A stretch of DNA of 64,000 nt from Paramoeba atlantica (Eukaryota > Protista > Discosea): contig CDRNVI010000093.1 of NCBI GenBank assembly GCA_977017575.1, positions 1 to 64,000 of the forward strand, written 5' to 3'. The position numbers and the translations under genes are program-made. The first letter of the stretch is position 1, and every line of letters begins with the position of its first letter. The notes below the pieces were generated by a model. It had not been told where the DNA came from. It saw only the letters and a program-made list of their open reading frames with translations, and did not search any database. Of this stretch, positions 28,471 to 38,295 are shown one piece after another.

Positions 28471-29349
28471 CTACGGTCGCAGAATTAGACCTCGAATGGC
28501 GCAAAACTGTAGTTGCTCCTTTCGGGTCAATTTCCTGAAGAGTATTCTAGAAGCTATAGTCCAGTAGCCCAAGAAAACCTGATGTGGAAGCGCTCTTGTA
28601 GTAACTCCCTGCTTAATTTCACGTTTCTGTTGTTCTTCCATTAACTGATTCGCCAATTTTCTTACGCTCGTTAGATTTTCTTTTCCGTATCGCTCAGCAG
28701 GCACATGAGATAATGACTTTCTTTTCTGTAATCTTCTATGTTTTATAGCACGAAGAACTGGAAAATGAGTAGCCAAGAACTTAGAAAGGGATGGCACAAC
28801 CTTTCCGTGCTTTGCAATCATGAAAGAAGGATCAGTATGAAAAATACAATGTCTAACGCCATAGCGAATGTTTCTCGCAAGCGTCTTATAGTTTTCTTTA
28901 ACGGTTGCATTCTCATTTTTCCACAAGGCGTACCCGTACCACATATATAGTTTTCCTCGGTTTGATGCTTTCGGTTCCTTACAGTCGCTGATCATTTTGC
29001 GTAAGTAACCTGCTCGAAGAGAAATATAGAGGACATAGCCCGTCAAATTTCGCCAATTTTTTAAATGAAAATAGTTCTTTGATTTCTTTTGTCTTTTGAA
29101 CTCCTCTTTTCCATGATGTGTTAACTCTTGAGCTTTCTTCTGATATTCCTGTAGGAGAGAATCTGGAAGTGCTTCAAATTCGTTATGAAGCGTTCTGCGG
29201 TATTCAGAAAATGAAACTGATTTCTCTCGAAACATCAAGCGTTCTTTAATGTATATCGCGCGAGCAGAATAAGTGCGTGGTTTTTTCATGCTACTACAAA
29301 AGTATTTTATACGATGAATAAAATTCTGAAACGGTAACCAGAAAAACAT
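28471..29349 (-). CDS. Basic protein with two degenerate HMG-box-like segments (kinetoplast-associated-protein-like)
   Basis: KKPRTYSARAIYIKE...EFEALPDSLLQEYQKKA and NLTGYVLYISL...LWKNENATVKENYKTLA, with a possible mitochondrial leader. Confidence 0.55.
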   Translation of the reverse strand: MFFWLPFQNFIHRIKYFCSSMKKPRTYSARAIYIKERLMFREKSVSFSEYRRTLHNEFEALPDSLLQEYQKKAQELTHHGKEEFKRQKKSKNYFHLKNWRNLTGYVLYISLRAGYLRKMISDCKEPKASNRGKLYMWYGYALWKNENATVKENYKTLARNIRYGVRHCIFHTDPSFMIAKHGKVVPSLSKFLATHFPVLRAIKHRRLQKRKSLSHVPAERYGKENLTSVRKLANQLMEEQQKREIKQGVTTRALPHQVFLGYWTIASRILFRKLTRKEQLQFCAIRGLILRP

Positions 29350-29481
29350 TCTGTTTCTCTTTTTCGCGAATTCAATAATTTTATTTGTTGGTTTTCGGAC
29401 AATATGACAATCTTGGGCAAGAAATCAAGTAAGTGTGGAGTCCATGTTCTGTGGTGCACATTTTCTGCCATTACTACAGCT

Positions 29482-31428
29482 CTAGTCAAAAGAAATAATG
29501 TTGTCCACCATTTCTGCCAAATCCATACCAATGTCATCGAATTCGTTGCTGCCTAATGAGGCCTCAGATTCGATTTCGCTGGTCATAGCTGTATGTGCAT
29601 AGCTATCAAGTTTTCGATCCTCACGCACTTGCTCCTGCTTGGTTGACATCCTACGAGATATAATTTGAGGAACGAATGGGGCTGTTTCTGGTGAAAGGAG
29701 GGAAACGTCGGACTCTAGTGACAAGGGTGAAAAATTTTCCGTCTCTGCACTAATCCAGTTTGCCTTGCTTTTTTCTTCTTCAGTAGGATGGCGATATTGA
29801 CATCTTTGCGTACCTGCATAGGCACACTTGCCATTTAGCCAATGGACACACACATCATCTGCTACCTGAGCGTATTTACACTTGCTTCCGTATTTGCATG
29901 ACCCGAATTGTGTGACGCAAGGATGGATGCCCGACGTTATTGAATCGCATAGTGTATTACTAGTGAAATTCTGTTTACAGGACTGCCTCACGATTTGTTG
30001 CTCTTGTATCCAGGATAGCAAGGAAGCTTCTGCATCATGAGCAAACGGACAACTTTCGGACAAGGCGAAGCACTTTCCTTTTAGCCATCTTAAACATATA
30101 TTGTTTGGAACATCACGAAATGTACATGCATCGCCAAATTTGCAGCCGCCACATTGAGTAATACAAGGATGAGTCTGTTCATCCTGACCGATGGACCCAC
30201 TTATTTCATCTATTTCTAAATTAGATAGAGTCCCATTTGCAACAATTTGTTCATGCTCGTAAGCAGGGTTGGGATCTGTGTCCTGTCGAATAAAATCATT
30301 TGAAATGGCCGCGTAGTCCACATCATCGGTACTTATTGGATTCAGCGATGACTGCTTATCGAGAGTGTGCAAGAATGAGCACTCACCCATCTGTGTACTT
30401 CGACATCTTCCGTTCAGCCAGTGTACACAAACCTCACCGCTGACTTCTCGGTATTTGCACTTGTTCCCAAACTTACATGCTCCGCATTGTACAACACATG
30501 GATGCAGCAATGTAGATGCCGTATTTCCTACCGTACGTGTAGATGGGTTATCGGTTTGATTCTGAATCGAAGTATCTTGATCACCAGACACAGTAGAACA
30601 ACTTAAATCGTTGGGTACAGTATCTAGTATGCATGCATTTTCCGCCGTGTGTCGATAAGGACATGTTCTTCCATTTTCACTTCGGCATTTACCATTTAGC
30701 CAGAAAACACAAACGTCCCCTGGGATGCCCCTATATTTGCACTTTTCACCAAATTTACACTCGCCACACTGTACAATGCATGGATGAGGTGCAAGACATT
30801 TGGCCGCATCGGGGGTTGAAATAGAAGGTCCCAATCGTGGTGAATTTTCGTCTGACACAATGTACAAGGCCCCATAAGCATCGCACCTTGTGGTTACAGC
30901 TTCTTCGGGGAAAAGTGATAGCAATTCAGTATTGTGCACAGAGTGGAGATTGCGACACAGTGAACCAAACGCACAGCCTCCGTGTAAATAGTTCAAGCAT
31001 ATATTTCCTGGCATTGTGGCGTACTTACATGTATCCCCATATTTACAAACTCCATACTGTACGATACATGGGTGAACTCGTACAGGTTTCTGCGGAATAT
31101 TTCCAGATGTAGAAACGACATTGGAAGTGAAAATATGTCTTTCAGCCGCATGATCTACATCGATGTGACTTTGGGCACTGATCAACCTATCCTGGTTCAG
31201 TGTATCGCCCTGTTTTTCTGATTCAGTCGTATTCATAAGGTAATCAGTTGCTGCCTCCAAATTGTAATTACATCGCCGCAAAGCTGTCTTTGCCTCCTTC
31301 AAAGCATATCCGAGCTCGTTAAGTCGCTTTACCAATGTCTCATGCTTGGAGGGCATGTTATTAACACAAGAAAATAGCTGATAAGAAGGTCCCAAAGGAC
31401 ACATCAAAGAACCAAATATATTGAACAT
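29482..31428 (-). CDS. UBA-domain protein with five tandem HPC-CCC + CCCH zinc-finger modules
   Basis: N-terminal LNELGYALKEAKTALRRCNYNLEAATDYL (UBA), followed by five HPC.xQ.G.CK[FY]G..C...C..[WY]L.G.C...C...H repeats. Confidence 0.85.
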   Translation of the reverse strand: MFNIFGSLMCPLGPSYQLFSCVNNMPSKHETLVKRLNELGYALKEAKTALRRCNYNLEAATDYLMNTTESEKQGDTLNQDRLISAQSHIDVDHAAERHIFTSNVVSTSGNIPQKPVRVHPCIVQYGVCKYGDTCKYATMPGNICLNYLHGGCAFGSLCRNLHSVHNTELLSLFPEEAVTTRCDAYGALYIVSDENSPRLGPSISTPDAAKCLAPHPCIVQCGECKFGEKCKYRGIPGDVCVFWLNGKCRSENGRTCPYRHTAENACILDTVPNDLSCSTVSGDQDTSIQNQTDNPSTRTVGNTASTLLHPCVVQCGACKFGNKCKYREVSGEVCVHWLNGRCRSTQMGECSFLHTLDKQSSLNPISTDDVDYAAISNDFIRQDTDPNPAYEHEQIVANGTLSNLEIDEISGSIGQDEQTHPCITQCGGCKFGDACTFRDVPNNICLRWLKGKCFALSESCPFAHDAEASLLSWIQEQQIVRQSCKQNFTSNTLCDSITSGIHPCVTQFGSCKYGSKCKYAQVADDVCVHWLNGKCAYAGTQRCQYRHPTEEEKSKANWISAETENFSPLSLESDVSLLSPETAPFVPQIISRRMSTKQEQVREDRKLDSYAHTAMTSEIESEASLGSNEFDDIGMDLAEMVDNIISFD

Positions 31429-31790
31429 TTACGTGTAAGAGATGAGCACGACGGAAGGTCATGAATCCGTCTTGTATACAGCGTAGAGAACTACTGTTCC
31501 CCCTCCTTAAGAGTGCGCCAATTTCGGACATTGGTCTTTCAAATAGGGGGTTCGATTAAGAAAGTTTTCTCCATGAACCAAAAAACGAGCCCATAATATT
31601 TTTGTTGGCTAATGAACGCTAAAGTTAAATAGGGAGATGCCAAAAGTGCAGGTGCGGCGGCTTCCCACAGGAAAAACGTTATCTCCACCTTTGTATGCGC
31701 CTGTACGCTCTCATGCCATAAGGGAGATACCGTTTTTCTTGTGGGAAACTGCGGCACTTGCACTTTTGGTAATCCGGGCTGCGGTTTAAA

Positions 31791-31938
31791 ATCCAAATAG
31801 GCACTTTAATATCCAAATAGGCACTTTAACATCCAAATAGCACTTTAATACCCAAATAGCACTTTAATATCCAAATAGGCACTTTAATATCCAAATAGTC
31901 ACTTTAATACCCAAATAGCACTTTAATATCCAAATAGG
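31791..31938. repeat. About 7.5 tandem copies of a 19-20-bp unit, ATCCAAATAG(G)CACTTTAAT
   Basis: Units start at 31791, 31811, 31831, 31850, 31869, 31889, 31909 and 31928. Confidence 0.95.
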
Positions 31939-32578
31939 TTTTTTCACTTCAAAATGACATCATGGAAACTGTCGCATCCGAATGCTTGAAGCGCCATTCG
32001 GAAGAGCTGAAACGTTGGGAAACCACTTGGGAAATTGTTTCTGAATGTAGTTCTATAGAAGGTGATTTTGAGGCATCGCCGTCCGAAGAAGACGCTCATC
32101 AAGTTTACGCGTCTTCGCATATTACGAATCCCTTCCTGCATCTACGAAAGATAGAAAGAAAGGCTTAATGTCTATTTCAAATGCGGTTCATAAGCAAGAC
32201 AAATTTTTGAAAAAAATATTTTTCAAAATAAACTCCCAGAAAGGGTAGCCGAAGTCTTGGGGCACATTTTCCACCCCCGTACTCGGGGACGCCCCCCCTG
32301 GAATCAACAGGACGGGACCGCCAAGTTCGGATATTTTCTGAAAAAAAATCGAACTTTGCAAAAAACATGGCTTAAAGTTTTTTTAATCGTTTCGCCTTTT
32401 GTATTTTGAGAGTTTGGGACCTATATACTAGCTTTCTACGCCGTTGTTTTCACAAGATACCCCTTCCAAAAAACGCCCCAAAAAAGGTGTCCTGGAAAAT
32501 CCAGGTAAAACTTAACAGGTTTCAACCCTCTAAATAGGGAGGTAGAGCAATGACAATTAAGTAGGTTGCATTAATAAT

Positions 32579-33829
32579 CTACAGATTCTGCATCTCTCTG
32601 ACACGTTTTCGAAATTCTCTTTTTCGATATTTGAGACTTGTTTTTTCATCTTGCGATTGTTGAGACTCACATCGTCTTGATTTCCTTTTGAGTAAGGCAA
32701 CGTATTCACTCCAAAACCGAGTTTTGCTACAAAGCGGGCAAGGTGCGGCATGCGCTGGAACAAAATAATCATACAAATTTTCTTCGTAAACGTTATTGCT
32801 ATCCTTTTTTACGGGTCGACAAGCTTGAAACCAGTCAGATAGGCACAAAAGATGCGTCGCAAAAGTACATGGATGTACACAGGTCAACATGCAATTGAAA
32901 GGAACAATCGTCGAGCAAAAATAACAGCAAATGTTATCCTTCATTTCGGATGCCATAAGGCATTGAGAAATGCCTTCCGAGGAGATGCAATGTACGTTGG
33001 AAGCTTTCTTCTCGTTATTCTGAGCACTGCGATACAAAAATACTTCTTCCTTAGGTGCCTGCGTTAATCCTTCTATAAGAGAAAAGAAATCTTCTCCATC
33101 ACTCTCTAATATTTTACGCGAACAATTCAGATCTCGGTTGTTTAACTGTTCTTCCACCACGAAATCTGGTGTACCTTGCCTGTCATTACTCAATTCATTC
33201 TGCACGAACTCTTCTGAATGACTTTCATCATCGCTAAGAAAATCGAAACCAGTGATGTGCGCTCGCAATTGTTCAAAAGATCCCTGCGCGATTTTGATCA
33301 ATTTATTGAGTTCTGGCACTGCATAGTAATTACCCCTCTTGATCCGCACTTTATTGGGAGTGGAGCCACGCATATGCATCAAAGTAGAATCGTACCTCTC
33401 CTTTCCGTGGCCAATAAAAAATATCGTCATCGAAAGCTTGTTCCAGGGTGAAAGTTGCAACAATTCGTGCAGAATGGCGAGTTTAGCTTTATACGCCCAA
33501 CGTTGCCCCACATTGCCTTTCATCTCTTGACATTTAGCGCGAAGTAGCCCGCAGGAAAGATGAGGATGCTGCCAATTCCATTCAAACTGAAGTGCAACAT
33601 GTTTGTTAGGAAATCCAAATATACAGAGTTCCATGCGCCAAGGCCTTCCAACCTTTTGCGTACGAAAAGCACCAGCTGTGATCTCCCCATTATGCTGTCG
33701 AAGGCGGCGTTCAGGATTAACGGTATACCCAATATACGTCAAAGTTGACTTTGCGGGATCCGCTGAGGTCAAAAGATAAACTGCGTGGAACTGAGTATCG
33801 AATTGTGACATGGAAGAATAGAAAAGCAC
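32579..33829 (-). CDS. SLX1: Structure-specific endonuclease Slx1 (GIY-YIG + C-terminal zinc finger)
   Basis: VYLLTS...TYIGYTVNPERRLRQHNG, RPWRM, ALQFEWNWQHP and a C-terminal C/H-rich RING-like motif. Confidence 0.95.
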   Translation of the reverse strand: MLFYSSMSQFDTQFHAVYLLTSADPAKSTLTYIGYTVNPERRLRQHNGEITAGAFRTQKVGRPWRMELCIFGFPNKHVALQFEWNWQHPHLSCGLLRAKCQEMKGNVGQRWAYKAKLAILHELLQLSPWNKLSMTIFFIGHGKERYDSTLMHMRGSTPNKVRIKRGNYYAVPELNKLIKIAQGSFEQLRAHITGFDFLSDDESHSEEFVQNELSNDRQGTPDFVVEEQLNNRDLNCSRKILESDGEDFFSLIEGLTQAPKEEVFLYRSAQNNEKKASNVHCISSEGISQCLMASEMKDNICCYFCSTIVPFNCMLTCVHPCTFATHLLCLSDWFQACRPVKKDSNNVYEENLYDYFVPAHAAPCPLCSKTRFWSEYVALLKRKSRRCESQQSQDEKTSLKYRKREFRKRVREMQNL

Positions 33830-34269
33830 ATCGTTCGGTTGGAATCATTGACAGTCTTAAGCGTTCAAGAAAATTTTAGCTCTCACACTTCTCTTTTTCC
33901 AGCATTGGATGAGAATACAAAAAAAGAGCAAGCATTTTATATTCCGAAAACTACTTGAAGTAGTGAATGCCTTTTTTACGTGACCTTATTGTAGGCAGAA
34001 GTAAAGGAAATAAACAAATTTTGTTTCTGTGTTCCATCCAAACCTGTTACCGTAAAAGGGGGTCAAGTACATCAAAAGAGTAGGTAAAAATAGCGAGCCC
34101 ACTTTGAAAAATCTAAGGTATTAAAAACACAAGATCCCTAAAGTCTCTTCTTATTTTATCGGTCCGATACCTTCCTCTCACTTAAATATTGACATAGAAA
34201 TATTTGTACGGTTGCTGAATGAGATACATGTAGCTACTTGACATGTCAAACCGCCTATCGGACGCGGTT

Positions 34270-35544
34270 TTACTTGCTACTGATCAATGACATCATCTTT
34301 TGTGCAGCCTCGTCCAAATCGGAAGCCGGATGAATGCTCAGACCGCTTTCTCGCAACAAATTCTTTCCTTCGTCTGAGTTCGTCCCTGACAGTCGAACGA
34401 CAAGTGGCACCTTACAACTGGATGCATGACACGCTTCAATCACGCCCCGGGCGATAGTGTCACATTTCATTATACCGCCAAAAATGTTTACCAGTACGCC
34501 GCGCACTTTTCGGTCCTGTTGAATGATAGACAACGCACTTGCAACTTGTTGAGTGGAGGCACTTCCGCCCACATCAAGAAAATTAGCTGGGCTTCCGCCA
34601 TAAAGGGATATGACGTCCATTGTTGCCATCGCCAGTCCAGCACCATTTACCAAGCAGCCGACGTTGCCATCTAAGGCCACGTAATTGAGTTTCCATTTTG
34701 CTGCTTCGACTTCTCGAGGATCCTTAGCATCCATATCTTCATGTAGCATGACCTCTGCTTGACGAAAATCTGCATTATCATCAAAATTTATTTTTGCATC
34801 AATACACATGAAAGAGCCATCATTAAGCTGTGCGAATGGGTTAATTTCGACCATAAGAGCATCTTTAGATTTTGCAAAATCGTACAGTTTTACAAGTTCT
34901 TCGGCAGCACCGGGACCCATGCCAAGTGCAAAGGCAAATTCTTTCGTTGCATCAAGCGATATGCCCTTCAGGATATTTACTGGCATTTTATGAATCTTTT
35001 CCGGGGACGAACGCGCAACTTCCTCTATATCCATTCCCCCTTCTGACGATGCAACGAATACAGGCCCACCGGAGGGCCGATCTAGCAAAATGGCTAAGTA
35101 GTACTCTTTCTTAATTTCAGGCAAGCACTCAGCAATATACAGTTTCCGTACTTGCATACCACTCGCTCCCGTCTGTTTCGTAACGAGTGTTCCGCCTAGC
35201 ATTTTTGTGGCTACTTCGATTGCGCTCTCTAAGGTAGTACACATATGCACACCTCCCTCAAATCCACTGGTAAAAGTGCCCTTTCCACGACCCCCGGCAA
35301 GGATTTGAGCTTTCACAACCTTCACCTCCGAAGGAATGTCCTTCCACACTTTTGGAATATCGGCAACTGATTCACACATAACTCCCTTCTCAACGTTACA
35401 GCCTGCCGACCGCAGTAAGTGCTTTGCACTATACTCGTGAACGCTAAAATGGCGGTGATTTTGAGCAAAGTGTATAGAGCTACCTGAACACAGCCGCCTC
35501 ATTCTCCCGGTATGGTAAAAAAGTAGGTTCCGCAAAATTAGCAT
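34270..35544 (-). CDS. LSC2: Succinyl-CoA ligase beta subunit, mitochondrial
   Basis: HEYSAK, KAQILAGGRGKG, LVNGAGLAMATMD, ANFLDVGG and NIFGGI. Confidence 0.97.
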   Translation of the reverse strand: MLILRNLLFYHTGRMRRLCSGSSIHFAQNHRHFSVHEYSAKHLLRSAGCNVEKGVMCESVADIPKVWKDIPSEVKVVKAQILAGGRGKGTFTSGFEGGVHMCTTLESAIEVATKMLGGTLVTKQTGASGMQVRKLYIAECLPEIKKEYYLAILLDRPSGGPVFVASSEGGMDIEEVARSSPEKIHKMPVNILKGISLDATKEFAFALGMGPGAAEELVKLYDFAKSKDALMVEINPFAQLNDGSFMCIDAKINFDDNADFRQAEVMLHEDMDAKDPREVEAAKWKLNYVALDGNVGCLVNGAGLAMATMDVISLYGGSPANFLDVGGSASTQQVASALSIIQQDRKVRGVLVNIFGGIMKCDTIARGVIEACHASSCKVPLVVRLSGTNSDEGKNLLRESGLSIHPASDLDEAAQKMMSLISSK

Positions 35545-35602
35545 TATTAAAATAGAACCTCACACATTACTATAAAGTATAATAATAGTATGTACGATAT
35601 CA

Positions 35603-35785
35603 TCATTTTTGTTCTCGTCCCTTTAGATTTTTATGCGCTAAAGCAGCTCTTCTCGTTTCGGGCGTTTCGTATAAATACGGTAAAATAACGAGGTACGAAC
35701 ATACGTGCAGAGGTAGTACCTTCCTCACGAAAATTTCCTGCCTTTTACAATAATTGTACTCATCTTGAGTCAAGCGGAGTGCCAT
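35603..35785 (-). CDS. Possible small hypothetical protein (60 aa)
   Basis: ATG start, on the cluster strand, and fits between two genes; one hydrophobic stretch. No motif was recognised. Confidence 0.3.
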   Translation of the reverse strand: MALRLTQDEYNYCKRQEIFVRKVLPLHVCSYLVILPYLYETPETRRAALAHKNLKGREQK

Positions 35786-35902
35786 TTAATGCATATCGAC
35801 ATCGCACCATCCCATAAAAAATTCCAAAACGTAAATACCGAAGTAAACGAGATATACAAGGTACATAAACAGAATTATGTTGAAATTATGAAAGATCCAT
35901 CC

Positions 35903-37330
35903 TCATCGCTCCGGCAGGACAAACGACGATTTCACAAGTTTGTCCTCCCCAAAGGATATCCCATGCGCAAGATCCCGCTCGTGGTCCTTATCCGCACTGT
36001 GGCGCAGCGCGTGCATGAGAATCGCTCCCGCTGAGACGACATTCAGGCTCTCCACCAAACAGTGGTCCATGGTAACCGAGACATACTGTGGACGAATCCT
36101 CTTCCAGTGACTACACATCGCACGTAGCCCGTGGTGCTCCCCACCCAGAACCACCAGAGCTCCGTAGTTCTCCAGCGGCTGCGGGGACTCGAACGGTTGC
36201 CGTCGCTGTTGGTTGTACCAATAAAGCGAACGAGCAAACTCGGTAATGGGCGTCGTCTCGGCTGCGGGAAGTGTCACGCAGGGAACCAAGCGCTGTGCAA
36301 TGGCAACGTCTTCGAGGAGTTCAGCGGCTTTGCGCGGATCCTGGGATGGAATTTCAACAAACACGGCGTGGGGGTGGTAATGAGCTCCTTCTGCGGCTCG
36401 TAGCACTTTTTCATTGAGCAGGGAGACACAATCCATAAGGATTACCGTATGAAAGCCAATGGTTACTGCATATTTGAGCAACGCCCCAAGGTTTGATGGT
36501 ATTTGCATACCATGGAGGGCGAGAATGCGACCAGGAGAAGATATGACCTCACGAGAAAATAAGACGTCTCTGCGCATGCGTTTGGGTGCAGGAAAGTGAG
36601 CCGCGAAACTGTCGTTCAGCTTCGCGTGTAACATGCGGTTGATAAGCGGTAGCGGGGAGTGAATTACGTAAGTGGGTTGGGAATTCTCGCGGCACCACCT
36701 GGGAAGATGAATATCCGACGCTGCGAATAGAGCATGCGGGCGAATTCCGTAGTGGGCCCAAACTTTGTATATTCCCTCTTCACCACCAAAGACGCAGTCC
36801 TGAATAGGATGTTCTTCAGTGCATCGTTTCCTCATGGACTCGCGAGTAGCCCTACACGCACGATAGATTGACAATGCTAGGCCATTGCGCGATTCAAGGT
36901 CAGGAGTCCTTCCCTGCTCATTGGGTCTTTCATCGGAGGTCGCTGTTGGAATATCAGCCGCATTGAGATCTAGAAATACAGTTTGCTTTGGTATAGTTTT
37001 GATGCGCTTCTCATCGTCGATTAATGACGGCGTGGATGACGATGAATTCTGGATACTGGGAACAGAGGCATCTTTCGATGTGCGAAGGGATCCCGGTACT
37101 TTCGGGTGTCCAGAACTGTATGGTTTCTCAGCGTAGTCGGATTTTACTCCTTTGTATCTCCCTTCATTGCTTTGATCTGTCGCTTTAGTAGATGTGCTGA
37201 TGGTCGGGTTCGGTTTCGCTTTCTTTCGCAAGAAACGAAGGCATTGCCAAAAATAAACTCTCTCCGATGGTTTTGTTTGTGCAATGCTTCGTCCAAGAAC
37301 TGCTCTTTGAAAACAGTTTGTACAACTCAT
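35903..37330 (-). CDS. SpoU/TrmH-family (SPOUT) RNA 2'-O-methyltransferase, probably mitochondrial
   Basis: LHGMQIPSNLGALLK, NEKVLRAAEGA, LVVLGGEHHGL and VESLNVVSAGAILM. Confidence 0.85.
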   Translation of the reverse strand: MSCTNCFQRAVLGRSIAQTKPSERVYFWQCLRFLRKKAKPNPTISTSTKATDQSNEGRYKGVKSDYAEKPYSSGHPKVPGSLRTSKDASVPSIQNSSSSTPSLIDDEKRIKTIPKQTVFLDLNAADIPTATSDERPNEQGRTPDLESRNGLALSIYRACRATRESMRKRCTEEHPIQDCVFGGEEGIYKVWAHYGIRPHALFAASDIHLPRWCRENSQPTYVIHSPLPLINRMLHAKLNDSFAAHFPAPKRMRRDVLFSREVISSPGRILALHGMQIPSNLGALLKYAVTIGFHTVILMDCVSLLNEKVLRAAEGAHYHPHAVFVEIPSQDPRKAAELLEDVAIAQRLVPCVTLPAAETTPITEFARSLYWYNQQRRQPFESPQPLENYGALVVLGGEHHGLRAMCSHWKRIRPQYVSVTMDHCLVESLNVVSAGAILMHALRHSADKDHERDLAHGISFGEDKLVKSSFVLPER

Positions 37331-37656
37331 GCCCTACAGCAATGACAACGCGGAGGATAACTAAGAGCGCATCAGGGTACTCTGAGTTGGATGTAATATT
37401 GATTGTAGTACGCTCTCTCGTTTGTTACTGCAGCACATTTTTGTAATCTAATTTTGAAACAAAGGATATTTTTTTGAGATTTTCTTATGCAAAGCAATTG
37501 TCTTCGCATATAACAATACACTATGATAACATCAATAAGTAAAGTTAATTTGGATGCTTTACTATACTATTTCGCTTTATGTTATAGACAGAACTATAAA
37601 TTCTAAATACGACAGGATTCAATACTTACACTTTCTTTCGTGAAAACATGACTTTC

Positions 37657-38067
37657 TTAGTCTATTTCCTTCATTTTCGTGTCGGACTTAATAACTTCAT
37701 CCTTACTACGGTGTTGAGCCTTACGCTCCAAAATACGCCTGCGGTCTTTCGTTAGCTTAAGCTTTATTATTTCAACATTAGATGCGTTAATTCCAAGAGG
37801 CACTGACGTACCGTTCGCTTTTTCCCGATTAAGCTTGTCCACGTGAATAACCCATTTCAAACGATACACTTGAGTAATCTTCCCTTCTCGTCCTTTGGAT
37901 TGTCCTCGCTTTACTTTGACCTCGTCATCACGGCGGACAGGCATTGATCGTACTCCATATTTGGCTCGCAGCTCCTTGGACAATGGGGCACTCATACGAA
38001 TACGTCGTTCGTGGCTGGGGGCAGTGAAGTGGGCTTTTCTTTGCTTGCGACGGCTTATGGTGACCAT
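37657..38067 (-). CDS. RPL26: 60S ribosomal protein L26 (uL24)
   Basis: [29 protein letters not shown]...VRRDDEV...NASNV. Confidence 0.98.
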   Translation of the reverse strand: MVTISRRKQRKAHFTAPSHERRIRMSAPLSKELRAKYGVRSMPVRRDDEVKVKRGQSKGREGKITQVYRLKWVIHVDKLNREKANGTSVPLGINASNVEIIKLKLTKDRRRILERKAQHRSKDEVIKSDTKMKEID

Positions 38068-38295
38068 TGCTCGTTGAGTATGATATAGCTGGTGTAAAAA
38101 CTAAAGTGTATCACCTAAAGTAGAACTGTAGCTATAACTGTAGCTATCGACGACTGAGTAGACTTATGATTTTTATAGCTGTAAAAAATAATATTGAAGC
38201 AATAAAAGTGGTGAAATCGATAACGAACTAGTCCCGAGGATAAATGTTTATAGCGAAAGAGACGCCCACCCATTAATGCTCGTGAAAACTAAAAG

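Noticed and set aside
7945-31938. CRISPR array among the tandem repeats (7945, 9635, 17326, 31791)
   Set aside because: The units are contiguous with no unique spacers, no cas genes are present, and the context is eukaryotic.
31962-32168. Plus-strand 68-aa acidic ORF as a real gene
   Set aside because: It is short, opposite to the cluster, inside a repeat-like block, and has no recognisable motif.
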